A DNA stretch of 64,000 nucleotides from an uncultured Thermoanaerobaculia bacterium (lineage in GTDB: Bacteria; Acidobacteriota; Thermoanaerobaculia; Thermoanaerobaculales; Thermoanaerobaculaceae): the NCBI GenBank assembly GCA_964488355.1, contig CAZAUJ010000001.1, forward strand, positions 152,454 to 216,453, given 5' to 3'. Below the pieces are notes generated by a model. It was given only the letters and a program-made list of their open reading frames with translations. It was not told the DNA's origin and did not search any database. The position numbers and the translations under genes are program-made. Below are positions 36,388 through 45,277 of the stretch, piece by piece (the stretch's first letter is position 1; each line of letters begins with the position of its first letter).

Positions 36388-37620
36388 ATGCGGAAAGCGT
36401 TTTTGCTCCTGGCAAGCCTTCTTGCTGCCAATAGCCTCACAGCGGCCCAGGCGCCGCCGGTGGAGACCTTGGTCGCAGAGGCACTCAGCGCCAACCCGCG
36501 CGTCCGAGAGCTGGAACTCTTGATCAAGGAGTCGGGAACCCTGGAACAACCGGCTGCTACCCTGCCCGACCCAATGGTGGACGTGATGGTGGCCAACCTG
36601 GGGTTCCCCCGGCCGAAGCTGGGGAGCGAGGTCATGGCCAGTGTTTCCCTGCGCCAAGCTCTTTCTTACCCGGGAAAGCTGCGCCTGCGCCGGCAGCTGG
36701 TGGAAGCGGAAACTTTGGTCCGGCGATCCGAGCTCGAAGCATTGAAAGCATGGCTCACCGTGGAGGTGCGGAAAACCTACGCTCAAGTGTTTGCCATCGA
36801 CAGCGAGCTGGCCACCCTGGCGGAGGCGGAGAAAACGCTGGATGTGCTGCAAGAAACAGCGACTCAGCGCTACCGTGCCGGCATGGCCAGTCAAGAAGCG
36901 GTGGTCAAAGTGGTTTTGCAACGGGCCCGGTTGCAAGAAAGGGAAACAGACCTTTTCCGGCAACGAGTCGAGGCGGTAGCCCAGCTCAATCGGCTCCTTA
37001 ACCGACCTTTGGACACGCCTCTTGGACGCGTGACGCAAATCCCGGAGGAGCTGGTGTTGCCTTCAGACTGGCCGTTGCAGGCTCTCCAACACGCGCCGGC
37101 CCTGGCGGTGGCGCACGCGGCGGTAGCGGCGGCGGGAAGCGCCGTGGCGGTGGCGGAGCGGGACCTCAAACCCAACCTGTTCGCCAGCACAAGCGTCGCC
37201 ACCGGCGGCGTTCGGGGTGGGGAGGCGACCTTGGGTGTGGGATTGGAATGGCCCTTCTGGAAAAAAACCAAGCAGCTACCCCTGTTGACGGCCACCCGCC
37301 TTCGCCTGGAAGCCACACGCGCCCGCCGGGATGAGGTGGCGGCGGAGATCCGAGAAGCCGTGGAAAAAACCCAAGCCGCTTGGCAAACCGCAGAAGAGCA
37401 GCTTCGCCGATACCGCGAGGAGCTGCTCCCTTTTAGCCGGGCAGCACTTGAAGCGGCACGGGCCGCTTTTCTCACAGGCCAGGGTGATTTTTCCACCGTC
37501 ATCGAGGATTTCAACCTTTGGCTCGCGGCGCAGGTAGGCTTGGCCCAGCGCCAAGCCCAGCGCTTCATCGCCTGGGCGGAAGCTCAGGCCATGTTGGCCC
37601 AACCGGGAGGTGACCTGTGA
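36388..37620 (+). CDS. cusC: TolC-family outer-membrane efflux factor (CusC-like by context)
   Basis: Signal peptide MRKAFLLLASLLAANSLTA and two OEP-type coiled-coil repeats. Strong GGGAGG Shine-Dalgarno. It is the first gene of the OMF-MFP-RND set. Confidence 0.85.
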   Translation: MRKAFLLLASLLAANSLTAAQAPPVETLVAEALSANPRVRELELLIKESGTLEQPAATLPDPMVDVMVANLGFPRPKLGSEVMASVSLRQALSYPGKLRLRRQLVEAETLVRRSELEALKAWLTVEVRKTYAQVFAIDSELATLAEAEKTLDVLQETATQRYRAGMASQEAVVKVVLQRARLQERETDLFRQRVEAVAQLNRLLNRPLDTPLGRVTQIPEELVLPSDWPLQALQHAPALAVAHAAVAAAGSAVAVAERDLKPNLFASTSVATGGVRGGEATLGVGLEWPFWKKTKQLPLLTATRLRLEATRARRDEVAAEIREAVEKTQAAWQTAEEQLRRYREELLPFSRAALEAARAAFLTGQGDFSTVIEDFNLWLAAQVGLAQRQAQRFIAWAEAQAMLAQPGGDL

Positions 37621-39002
37621 AACACCTTGCCCGAATCGTCGTTGCGCTCGTTATCGCAGCGCTGGTTGTGCTGGTGCCGGTCGCATGCAAGAATGGCCGC
37701 ACCGGACAGCAGCTTTACCATTGCCCCATGCATCCAACCTACACCTCGGACAAACCGGGCGATTGCCCCATTTGCGGCATGCGCCTGGTACCGGTGGAAA
37801 AGACCACCCCTACCCCAGCGTCGGTGGCGAAAACCACGGGGAAGAAAATCCTCTTTTACCGCAACCCCATGGACCCGAGCGTGACCTCGCCAGTGCCGAT
37901 GAAGGACAGCATGGGCATGGATTACGTTCCCGTTTATGAGGAGGAGCCTTCCTCTTCTTCTTCTGTTGCCGGGTACGCGCCCGTGATGCTGGAGCCGGCT
38001 GGCATTTCCCGGTCGGGGATCCAGACGGTCGAGGCCCGGCGGGGCCAGCTGGGAGAAGCCGTACGGGCGGTGGGAACCGTTGTGCCCGACGAGCGCCGCG
38101 TAACCCAGGTTTTCGCCAAGGTTTCCGGCTGGGTGGAGCAGCTGTTCGTCACCTTCACAGGGCAATGGGTGGAAAAAGGGCAGCCTCTGTTGAGCATGTA
38201 CTCGCCCGAGCTGTTGGCCAGCCAAGAGGAGTACCTGCGCTCGCTCCAGCTGGTGAAGGAGCTGGCCCAGGCTTCGCCCTCCGCCCAACAGGCGGCGCGG
38301 CAACTGCAGCAGGCAGCTCGCCAGCGCTTGCTCCTGTTCGACGTTCCAGAATCGTTCATTGCTCACCTTGAAGATGCGGGACAGCCCTCGCGTACGGTCA
38401 CGCTTACGGCCCCTCACCCGGGCTACGTGCTCGCTAAGGAAACCTTCGCTGGGCGACGAATCGAACCCGGTACGGAACTGTACCGCCTGGCCGACCTGCG
38501 CAGGGTCTGGGTGCTGGCGGATTTTTACGAGCAGGAGGCTTCGTGGCTTTCTCTCAACATGCCCGCTCGTGTCACACTGCCCTACCAGCCAGGAGAAGCC
38601 CTCGATGGGGTCATCAGCTACATCTACCCTACCGTGGAGCCGGAAAGCCGCACGGTGCGGGTGCGGGTGGAGCTGGCCAACCGCGAAGGGCGGTTAAAAC
38701 CGGACATGTACGCCCACGTGGAGGTGGAGCTCCGCACGACCGAAGGGCTGGTAGTCCCCGATTCGGCAGTCATGGATACCGGTACGAGAAACATCGTGTT
38801 CGTCGAGGAAAAGCCAGGGTTTTTCGTTCCCCGGGAGGTCACGGTGCTCCACCGAAGCGGCGGGAAGGCGTTGGTGAGTAAGGGGCTGGCCGAAGGCGAA
38901 CGGGTGGTGGTGAAGGGTACCTTCCTGCTGGATTCCGAATCGCGCTTACGAGCCGCCTTGGCAGCTCCGAAAGGAGGGGACCGTGGTCCAGCGCATCATT
39001 AA
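37617..39002 (+). CDS. cusB: RND efflux periplasmic adaptor (CusB-like) with N-terminal CPMHP/CPICGM heavy-metal-binding module
   Basis: GTGA overlap with the OMF gene. YHCPMHPTYTSDKPGDCPICGMRLVP precedes the HlyD/MFP barrel-sandwich and beta-barrel regions (VSGWVEQLFV..GQWVEKGQPLL). Confidence 0.88.
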   Translation: MKHLARIVVALVIAALVVLVPVACKNGRTGQQLYHCPMHPTYTSDKPGDCPICGMRLVPVEKTTPTPASVAKTTGKKILFYRNPMDPSVTSPVPMKDSMGMDYVPVYEEEPSSSSSVAGYAPVMLEPAGISRSGIQTVEARRGQLGEAVRAVGTVVPDERRVTQVFAKVSGWVEQLFVTFTGQWVEKGQPLLSMYSPELLASQEEYLRSLQLVKELAQASPSAQQAARQLQQAARQRLLLFDVPESFIAHLEDAGQPSRTVTLTAPHPGYVLAKETFAGRRIEPGTELYRLADLRRVWVLADFYEQEASWLSLNMPARVTLPYQPGEALDGVISYIYPTVEPESRTVRVRVELANREGRLKPDMYAHVEVELRTTEGLVVPDSAVMDTGTRNIVFVEEKPGFFVPREVTVLHRSGGKALVSKGLAEGERVVVKGTFLLDSESRLRAALAAPKGGDRGPAHH

Positions 39003-42000
39003 GTTCTCGGCGGAAAACCGGGTCCTTGTATTGCTGGGCGCGGCCGCCCTGTGCCTCTTCGCCTGGCAATCCCTTCAGCGTATCCGTTTGGACGCCCTCC
39101 CGGACCTTTCCGATACCCAGGTCATCGTGTTTTCCCGCTGGGACCGCTCGCCGGATATCATCGAGGACCAGGTCACCTACCCGATCATCACCGCCCTATT
39201 GGGGGCGCCCAAGGTCAAGGCCATACGCGGCTTTTCTGATTTCGGCTTTTCCTACGTGTACGTCATCTTCCAAGACGGCACCGATCTCTACTGGGCGCGC
39301 TCCCGGGTTTTGGAGTACCTTTCCAAAATCCAACCGCAGCTGCCGCCTGGTGTGCGTACCGAGCTGGGCCCCGATGCCACCGGAGTGGGCTGGGTATTTC
39401 AGTACGCCCTGGTGGACACCTTAGGCACGCACAGCTTGGAGGAACTGCGCACCTTTCAGGACTGGACCCTGCGCTACGCCCTGCAAGCTGTACCGGGGGT
39501 CGCGGAGGTGGCCTCCATTGGCGGCTTCGTCAAGCAATACCAAATCACGGTGGACCCCAACCGCTTAGCTGCCTTCGGGTTGTCCTTGGCTGAGGTGGCC
39601 GAGGCGGTGCGCAGGAGCAACAACGAGGTGGGTGGCCGGCTGCTCGAGTTTGCCGGAACCGAGTTCATGGTGCGGGGGCGAGGCTACGCCCGAAGCCTGC
39701 CCGACTTTGAAAACATCGTGCTTAAGACCACCGCCCAAGGCGTACCCGTGCGCGTTCGGGATGTGGCTCGGGTAGCGACCGGTCCCGAGATCCGCCGGGG
39801 TGTGGCAGACCTGGACGGGGTTGGGGACCACGTGGGTGGCATCGTGGTCATGCGCCACGGGGAGAATGCCCTCAACGTAATCAAGCGGGTCAAGGCCAAG
39901 CTGGCGGAGTTGGAACCCTCCCTGCCCGAAGGCGTGAAAATCGTGACCACCTACGACCGCAGTGATCTCATCCAGCGCGCCATCGACACCCTGCGCCATG
40001 AGCTGACTATTGAGATGATGATCGTCGCTTTGGTCATCCTGATCTTTCTCTGGCATATCCCCTCAGCGCTAGTTCCCATTTTGACCATCCCTATATCCGT
40101 GCTCTTGGCCTTCATTCCCCTTTACTGGATGGGCGTGACGGTCAACATCATGTCCCTGGCTGGCATCGCCATTTCCATCGGGGTTCTCGTGGACGGCGCC
40201 ATCGTGGAGGTGGAAAACGCCTACAACAAGATCCATCGCTGGCTGGAAGAGGGGCGTCCGGGCGACTTCCACCAGGTTCGCCTGCAGGCGTTGCAGGAGG
40301 TGGGGCCCGCAGTTTTCTTTTCGCTGCTCGTCATTGCCGTGTCCTTCATTCCCATTTTTGCCTTGGTGGAGCAGGAGGGGCGCCTTTTTAAGCCCTTGGC
40401 CTACTCCAAGAATTTGGCCATGGCCCTCGCCTCCCTCCTGGCCATTACCCTCGATCCGGCCCTACGTATGCTTTTCGCCCGCATCGATCCCTTCCTATTT
40501 CGCCCTCGCCGGCTGGCCAGCCTAGCGACTCGTGTTTTCGTCGGCACCTACTACGCGGAGGAAAAACACCCCGTAAGCCGCGTGCTGCTTCGCCTGTACG
40601 AACCCGTGTGCCGCTTCGTTCTGCGTTTTCCCAAAAGCGTGGTCCTGGCTTCGCTGGCGTTGGTGGCGGCAAGCCTTCCTGTTTACTTTCATTTGGGCAG
40701 GGAATTCATGCCGCCCTTGGCCGAGGGCAGCATCCTCTACATGCCCACCACCCTCCCCGGCATTTCGGTGACCGAGGCCCAGCGGCTGTTGAAGGAACAG
40801 GACCGGATTCTCAAGAGCTTCCCTGAGGTGGAGCGCGTGTTCGGCAAGGCCGGTCGGGCCGAGACCTCCACCGACCCAGCGCCTTTTTCCATGATGGAAA
40901 CCACCGTCATCTTGAAACCGGAAAGCCAGTGGCGAAAAAAGCCTCGCTGGTACACCTCCTGGGCCCCTGCCTGGCTCGCCTCACTCTTGCGACCTTTCTG
41001 GCCAGACCATATAAGCTACGAGGAGCTCATTGACGAGATGGACCGCGCCATGCGCTTTGCCGGGGTGACCAATGCCTGGACCATGCCCATCAAAGCGCGC
41101 ATCGACATGCTTTCCACCGGCGTCCGCACGCCCATTGGCATCAAGATCTTCGGCGCGGACCTGAAAGAAATCGAGCGCGTCGGCACCGAGCTCGAAACTC
41201 TGCTGCGCCAAATTCCCGGAACCCGCTCGGTCTACGCCGAGCGAGTCACCGGCGGGTACTTTGTGGATTTTGTGCCCGACCGAGAGCTTCTCGCCCGCTA
41301 CGGCCTGACCATCGAGGACCTGCACATGGTCATCATGTCGGCCATCGGCGGTGAAAACATCACTACCACCATCGAGGGACGTGAGCGCTATCCGGTGAAC
41401 CTCCGTTACCCCCGGGAGCTACGCGACGACTTAGAACGGTTGAGGCGGGTGCTGGTAGCCACCCCCTCAGGTGCGCAGATACCTATCGGCCAGCTGGCCA
41501 AAATTGAGCTAGTCCAGGGGCCAGCAATGATCCGTGACGAAAACGGCTTCCTGGCCGGCTACGTGTACGTGGACATTGCCGGTCGAGATGTGGGCAGCTA
41601 CGTGGAGGAAGCAAAGGCTCGTGTTAGCCAAAACCTGCAGCTGCAGCCAGGGTACGTGCTGCAATGGTCCGGGCAGTACGAAAACATGCTGCGGGTAAAG
41701 GAAAGGCTCAAGCTGGTGGTGCCGGTGACCCTAACCCTCATCTTCGTGCTGCTGTACGCCAACACCCGCTCCGCATTTAAGGCAGGCCTGGTGATGCTGG
41801 CGGTGCCCTTCTCCGCTGTGGGTGCCATTTGGCTTTTCTATCTTTTAGACTACAACGTGTCGATTGCCGCTTGGGTGGGCATGATTGCCCTTTTGGGCTT
41901 GGATGCGGAAACCGGCGTGTTCATGCTGCTTTTCCTGGACCTCTCGTGGCAAGAATTTAAGGAAAAAGGGTTATTGGTGGATGCGCGCGCGCGCGACGAG

Positions 42001-42237
42001 GCCATCGTCCACGGCGCAGTAAAGCGCTTGCGGCCCAAGCTCATGACCGTGGTGGCGGCCTTCTCTGGCCTTTTGCCCATCATGTGGTCTACCTCCGCGG
42101 GAGCTGACGTGATGAAGCGCATTGCCGCGCCCATGATTGGCGGCCTGGTTACCTCCTTTGTCTTGGAGCTGTTGGTTTATCCGGCCATCTACAAGCTTTG
42201 GAAGCTGCGCACTGAGCTGCGGCCGGCAAACCCATGA
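38983..42237 (+). CDS. cusA: Heavy-metal efflux RND transporter (CusA/CzcA family)
   Basis: 1084 aa. The N-terminus MVQRIIKFSAENRVLVLL is typical of the CusA/HME-RND family, with 12 TM segments and two large periplasmic loops. Cu/Ag specificity is inferred from the neighbours. Confidence 0.9.
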   Translation: MVQRIIKFSAENRVLVLLGAAALCLFAWQSLQRIRLDALPDLSDTQVIVFSRWDRSPDIIEDQVTYPIITALLGAPKVKAIRGFSDFGFSYVYVIFQDGTDLYWARSRVLEYLSKIQPQLPPGVRTELGPDATGVGWVFQYALVDTLGTHSLEELRTFQDWTLRYALQAVPGVAEVASIGGFVKQYQITVDPNRLAAFGLSLAEVAEAVRRSNNEVGGRLLEFAGTEFMVRGRGYARSLPDFENIVLKTTAQGVPVRVRDVARVATGPEIRRGVADLDGVGDHVGGIVVMRHGENALNVIKRVKAKLAELEPSLPEGVKIVTTYDRSDLIQRAIDTLRHELTIEMMIVALVILIFLWHIPSALVPILTIPISVLLAFIPLYWMGVTVNIMSLAGIAISIGVLVDGAIVEVENAYNKIHRWLEEGRPGDFHQVRLQALQEVGPAVFFSLLVIAVSFIPIFALVEQEGRLFKPLAYSKNLAMALASLLAITLDPALRMLFARIDPFLFRPRRLASLATRVFVGTYYAEEKHPVSRVLLRLYEPVCRFVLRFPKSVVLASLALVAASLPVYFHLGREFMPPLAEGSILYMPTTLPGISVTEAQRLLKEQDRILKSFPEVERVFGKAGRAETSTDPAPFSMMETTVILKPESQWRKKPRWYTSWAPAWLASLLRPFWPDHISYEELIDEMDRAMRFAGVTNAWTMPIKARIDMLSTGVRTPIGIKIFGADLKEIERVGTELETLLRQIPGTRSVYAERVTGGYFVDFVPDRELLARYGLTIEDLHMVIMSAIGGENITTTIEGRERYPVNLRYPRELRDDLERLRRVLVATPSGAQIPIGQLAKIELVQGPAMIRDENGFLAGYVYVDIAGRDVGSYVEEAKARVSQNLQLQPGYVLQWSGQYENMLRVKERLKLVVPVTLTLIFVLLYANTRSAFKAGLVMLAVPFSAVGAIWLFYLLDYNVSIAAWVGMIALLGLDAETGVFMLLFLDLSWQEFKEKGLLVDARARDEAIVHGAVKRLRPKLMTVVAAFSGLLPIMWSTSAGADVMKRIAAPMIGGLVTSFVLELLVYPAIYKLWKLRTELRPANP

Positions 42238-42288
42238 GCGCCACCTCGCTTGGGTGCCATCCTTCTTGCAACGGAAGGGAGACGGACG

Positions 42289-44646
42289 ATGAAACCCCAT
42301 ACGCACCAGCATCAGGGTGAGGGCCCACAGGCGCGTGACCCGGTCTGCGGCATGGCCGTTACCGCGGGGCCGGCAACGCCTCGGATCAGCTTCAAGGGCC
42401 AAACCTACTACTTTTGTTGCCACCACTGCCGGGAGAAATTTAAAGCCCAGCCGGAGGCCTACCTGCGCCCGACGCCGGCGGCAGCTATACGCTTGCCGTC
42501 CTTGGCCAAAGAGCCGCCGCCAGCCCCTGAGGTCGCCAGCACCTACACCTGCCCCATGCACCCGGAAGTGCAGCAAGACCACCCCGGAACCTGTCCCCTT
42601 TGCGGCATGGCTTTGGAACCGCTCCAGCCCAGCCTCTCGGAGGAGGAGAACCCCGAGCTGCTCCATATGCGTCGGCGGTTCTGGTGTGCCGCTTTGCTTT
42701 CCGCCCCGGTGGTGCTTCTGACCATGCTGGAAGGCACGTCAGCACTAGCCGGCCTGTCGCCCGCTCTACTGCACTGGCTGCAGCTGCCCTTGGCCGCCCT
42801 GGTGGTGTTTTGGGCCGGGTGGCCACTTCTGCACCGTGCCTGGCAGTCGGTGGTCCACAGGAACGCCAACATGTTCACCCTCATCGGCATGGGAGTCATT
42901 GCCGCCTTCGGCTTCAGCCTGCTGGCGACCGTTGCTCCTGGAATTTTTCCCGCCTCCTTCAGAGGCGCGGAGGGCCAGGTAGGGGTTTATTTCGAGGCCG
43001 CGGCGGTGATTACCGCGTTGGTGCTTTTGGGCCAGATGCTGGAGCTTGCGGCCCGAAGCCGCACCTCCGCCGCTATCAAGGCGCTGTTGCGCTTGGCGCC
43101 AAAAACCGCGCGGCGGGTAAATCCCGACGCAACGGAGGAGGACGTACCGCTAGCACACGTGCGGGTGGGCGACCGTCTGCGCGTGCGTCCCGGGGAAAAA
43201 ATCCCAGCCGACGGCGTGGTGGTGGAAGGGGCCAGCAGCGTGGACGAATCCATGCTCACCGGCGAGCCCATACCGGTGGAGAAAAAGCCGGGAGATCCGG
43301 TGGTCGGCGCCACCCTCAACGGCACTGGAACCCTGATCATCGAAGCCAAAAAGGTGGGCAGCGACACGCTCTTGGCGCAAATTGTGCGCCTGGTGAGCGA
43401 AGCACAACGAAGCCGTGCTCCCATCCAGCGCGCCGCGGATCGTCTCGCGGCGGTGTTTGTGCCGGCGGTGCTGGTGGTGGCGGCGGTAACGTTCTTGGTG
43501 TGGGCTTTCTGGGGCCCGCCACCGGCCCTCACCCATGCGTTGATTAATGCGGTGGCGGTGCTGATCATTGCCTGCCCCTGCGCTTTGGGCTTGGCCACGC
43601 CCATGTCTATCATGGTGGCTTCGGGTCTGGGAGCCACCAAGGGGGTGCTGTTCCGTCACGCCGAGGCCATTGAAACCATGGGCAAGGTGGACACCTTGGT
43701 TTTGGACAAGACCGGCACCCTCACCGAGGGCAAGCCCCGCCTGGAGCGCGTGGAAACGGCTCACGGCTTCCCGTCGGAGGAACTTCTGCGCCTGGCCGCC
43801 AGCCTGGAAGCGGCAAGCGAGCACCCCTTGGCTACCGCCATCCTCAGCGCTGCGCGTGAACAAGGGCTGGGCCTGTTGCCCTGCGAAGATTTCCAGGCCT
43901 TCCCCGGTAAGGGGTTGCGCGGCCGGGTGGCGGACCGCACGGTGGAGCTGGGCAACGCCGCCTATTTCCAGGAGCGCGGCCTGGCTCTCGATGCTTTGCG
44001 AGGAATGGCGGAGACCATACACGCGGAAGGCCAGACGGTGGTTTTCGTCGCGGTGGATGGTCAGCTGGCCGGCCTGCTGAGCGTGGCCGATCCGGTTAAG
44101 CCCAACGCCGCCGAAGCCATCCGGCAACTCAAGGGGCTTGGTGTGCGGGTAGTCATGCTCACCGGCGACAACCGGGTCACCGCCGAAGCCGTGGGCAAAC
44201 GGCTCGGCATTGAGGAGGTCATCGCCCAGGTCTTGCCTGAGCAGAAGGCCGAGCTGGTGGGACGCTTGCAGCAGCAGGGGCGTCTGGTGGCCATGGCGGG
44301 GGACGGGATCAATGACGCGCCGGCTCTGGCGCGTGCCCACGTGGGCATCGCCATGGGCAGCGGCACAGACGTGGCCATGGAATCGGCATCGGTGACGCTG
44401 GTGAAGGGCGACCTTATGGGTCTGGTGCGCGCTCGTCTCCTCTCCCAGGCTACCCTTCGCAACATCAAGCAAAACCTGTTTTGGGCCTTTGCCTACAACC
44501 TGCTGGGCGTACCCATTGCCGCCGGCGTCCTTTACCCCTTTTTCGGCGTGTTGCTCTCGCCCGTACTTGCCGCCGCCGCCATGAGCTTCTCGTCGCTGAC
44601 GGTGGTGGGCAACGCGTTGCGCCTCTACCGGCTCAAGTGGCCTTGA
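42289..44646 (+). CDS. copA: Copper-translocating P1B-type ATPase with TRASH/YHS-like and CPMHP-type N-terminal metal-binding modules
   Basis: ATG 42289 is preceded by GGAAGGGAG. Motifs are TGEP, the CPC transmembrane motif ([12 protein letters not shown]), [15 protein letters not shown] and the SEHPLA P1B signature HP. N-terminus: DPVCGMAV...[12 protein letters not shown] and [22 protein letters not shown]. Confidence 0.93.
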   Translation: MKPHTHQHQGEGPQARDPVCGMAVTAGPATPRISFKGQTYYFCCHHCREKFKAQPEAYLRPTPAAAIRLPSLAKEPPPAPEVASTYTCPMHPEVQQDHPGTCPLCGMALEPLQPSLSEEENPELLHMRRRFWCAALLSAPVVLLTMLEGTSALAGLSPALLHWLQLPLAALVVFWAGWPLLHRAWQSVVHRNANMFTLIGMGVIAAFGFSLLATVAPGIFPASFRGAEGQVGVYFEAAAVITALVLLGQMLELAARSRTSAAIKALLRLAPKTARRVNPDATEEDVPLAHVRVGDRLRVRPGEKIPADGVVVEGASSVDESMLTGEPIPVEKKPGDPVVGATLNGTGTLIIEAKKVGSDTLLAQIVRLVSEAQRSRAPIQRAADRLAAVFVPAVLVVAAVTFLVWAFWGPPPALTHALINAVAVLIIACPCALGLATPMSIMVASGLGATKGVLFRHAEAIETMGKVDTLVLDKTGTLTEGKPRLERVETAHGFPSEELLRLAASLEAASEHPLATAILSAAREQGLGLLPCEDFQAFPGKGLRGRVADRTVELGNAAYFQERGLALDALRGMAETIHAEGQTVVFVAVDGQLAGLLSVADPVKPNAAEAIRQLKGLGVRVVMLTGDNRVTAEAVGKRLGIEEVIAQVLPEQKAELVGRLQQQGRLVAMAGDGINDAPALARAHVGIAMGSGTDVAMESASVTLVKGDLMGLVRARLLSQATLRNIKQNLFWAFAYNLLGVPIAAGVLYPFFGVLLSPVLAAAAMSFSSLTVVGNALRLYRLKWP

Positions 44647-44755
44647 TGATCGGGAACATTCTGGCAAGCCCCGCGAGTGTTTCGCATAGGGGCGGCGGTT
44701 CGCCTGTAACTCATCGGTTGGCAGCGGCATAAAAAAAACGAAGGGAGGTACTTAG

Positions 44756-45181
44756 ATGAAAAAGGTCGTAGGTGTTTCATGTGTGGTTTTGGCGTTGTCT
44801 TTAGGCTTGGCTGGGGCAGCGGAGAAAAAGCCCCAGGCTACCTGCCCGGTTTCGGGCAAGCCGGTGGACAAGTCCGTTTACGTGGACTACCAAGGCCAAC
44901 GCATTTACTTCTGCTGCGCCAACTGTCCGAAGGAGTTCCGCAAGAACCCGGAAAAGTACTTTGCCAAGTTTGAAGCGGAGGGGATCGAGCTGGAGAACAT
45001 CCAAACCGCCTGCCCGGTTTCCGGAGAAAAACTGGGTGAGCACGGCGAAGCCGCCTCGATCCGCTACAAGGGCCGCACGGTCAAGTTTTGCTGCCCTGCC
45101 TGCGAAAAGCCCTTCCGCGCCGAGCCGGAAAAGTACCTGAACCAGCTCCCTGGCGAGCAGCAAGCCAAGCCAAAGTCCTAG
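44756..45181 (+). CDS. Secreted protein with two tandem YHS/TRASH-type metal-binding domains
   Basis: Signal peptide MKKVVGVSCVVLALSLGLAGAA. Two repeats: CPVSGKPVDKSVYVDYQGQRIYFCCANCPKEFRKNPEKYF and CPVSGEKLGEHGEAASIRYKGRTVKFCCPACEKPFRAEPEKYL. GGGAGG Shine-Dalgarno. Confidence 0.85.
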   Translation: MKKVVGVSCVVLALSLGLAGAAEKKPQATCPVSGKPVDKSVYVDYQGQRIYFCCANCPKEFRKNPEKYFAKFEAEGIELENIQTACPVSGEKLGEHGEAASIRYKGRTVKFCCPACEKPFRAEPEKYLNQLPGEQQAKPKS

Positions 45182-45199
45182 CCTGACGCGCGCCAGCAC

Positions 45200-45232
45200 A
45201 AAGGCCTCGCCCTCGCGAGGCCTTTTTCTTTT
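45200..45232 (+). terminator. Rho-independent terminator closing the copper cluster
   Basis: AAAGGCCTCGC-cctc-GCGAGGCCTTT is a perfect 11-bp stem followed by TTTCTTTT. It starts 19 nt after the YHS-protein stop. Confidence 0.85.
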
Positions 45233-45277
45233 GCCCCTGTCAGCTTGCTTGATGTGCAAGCCTGATAGCATGCCCGC

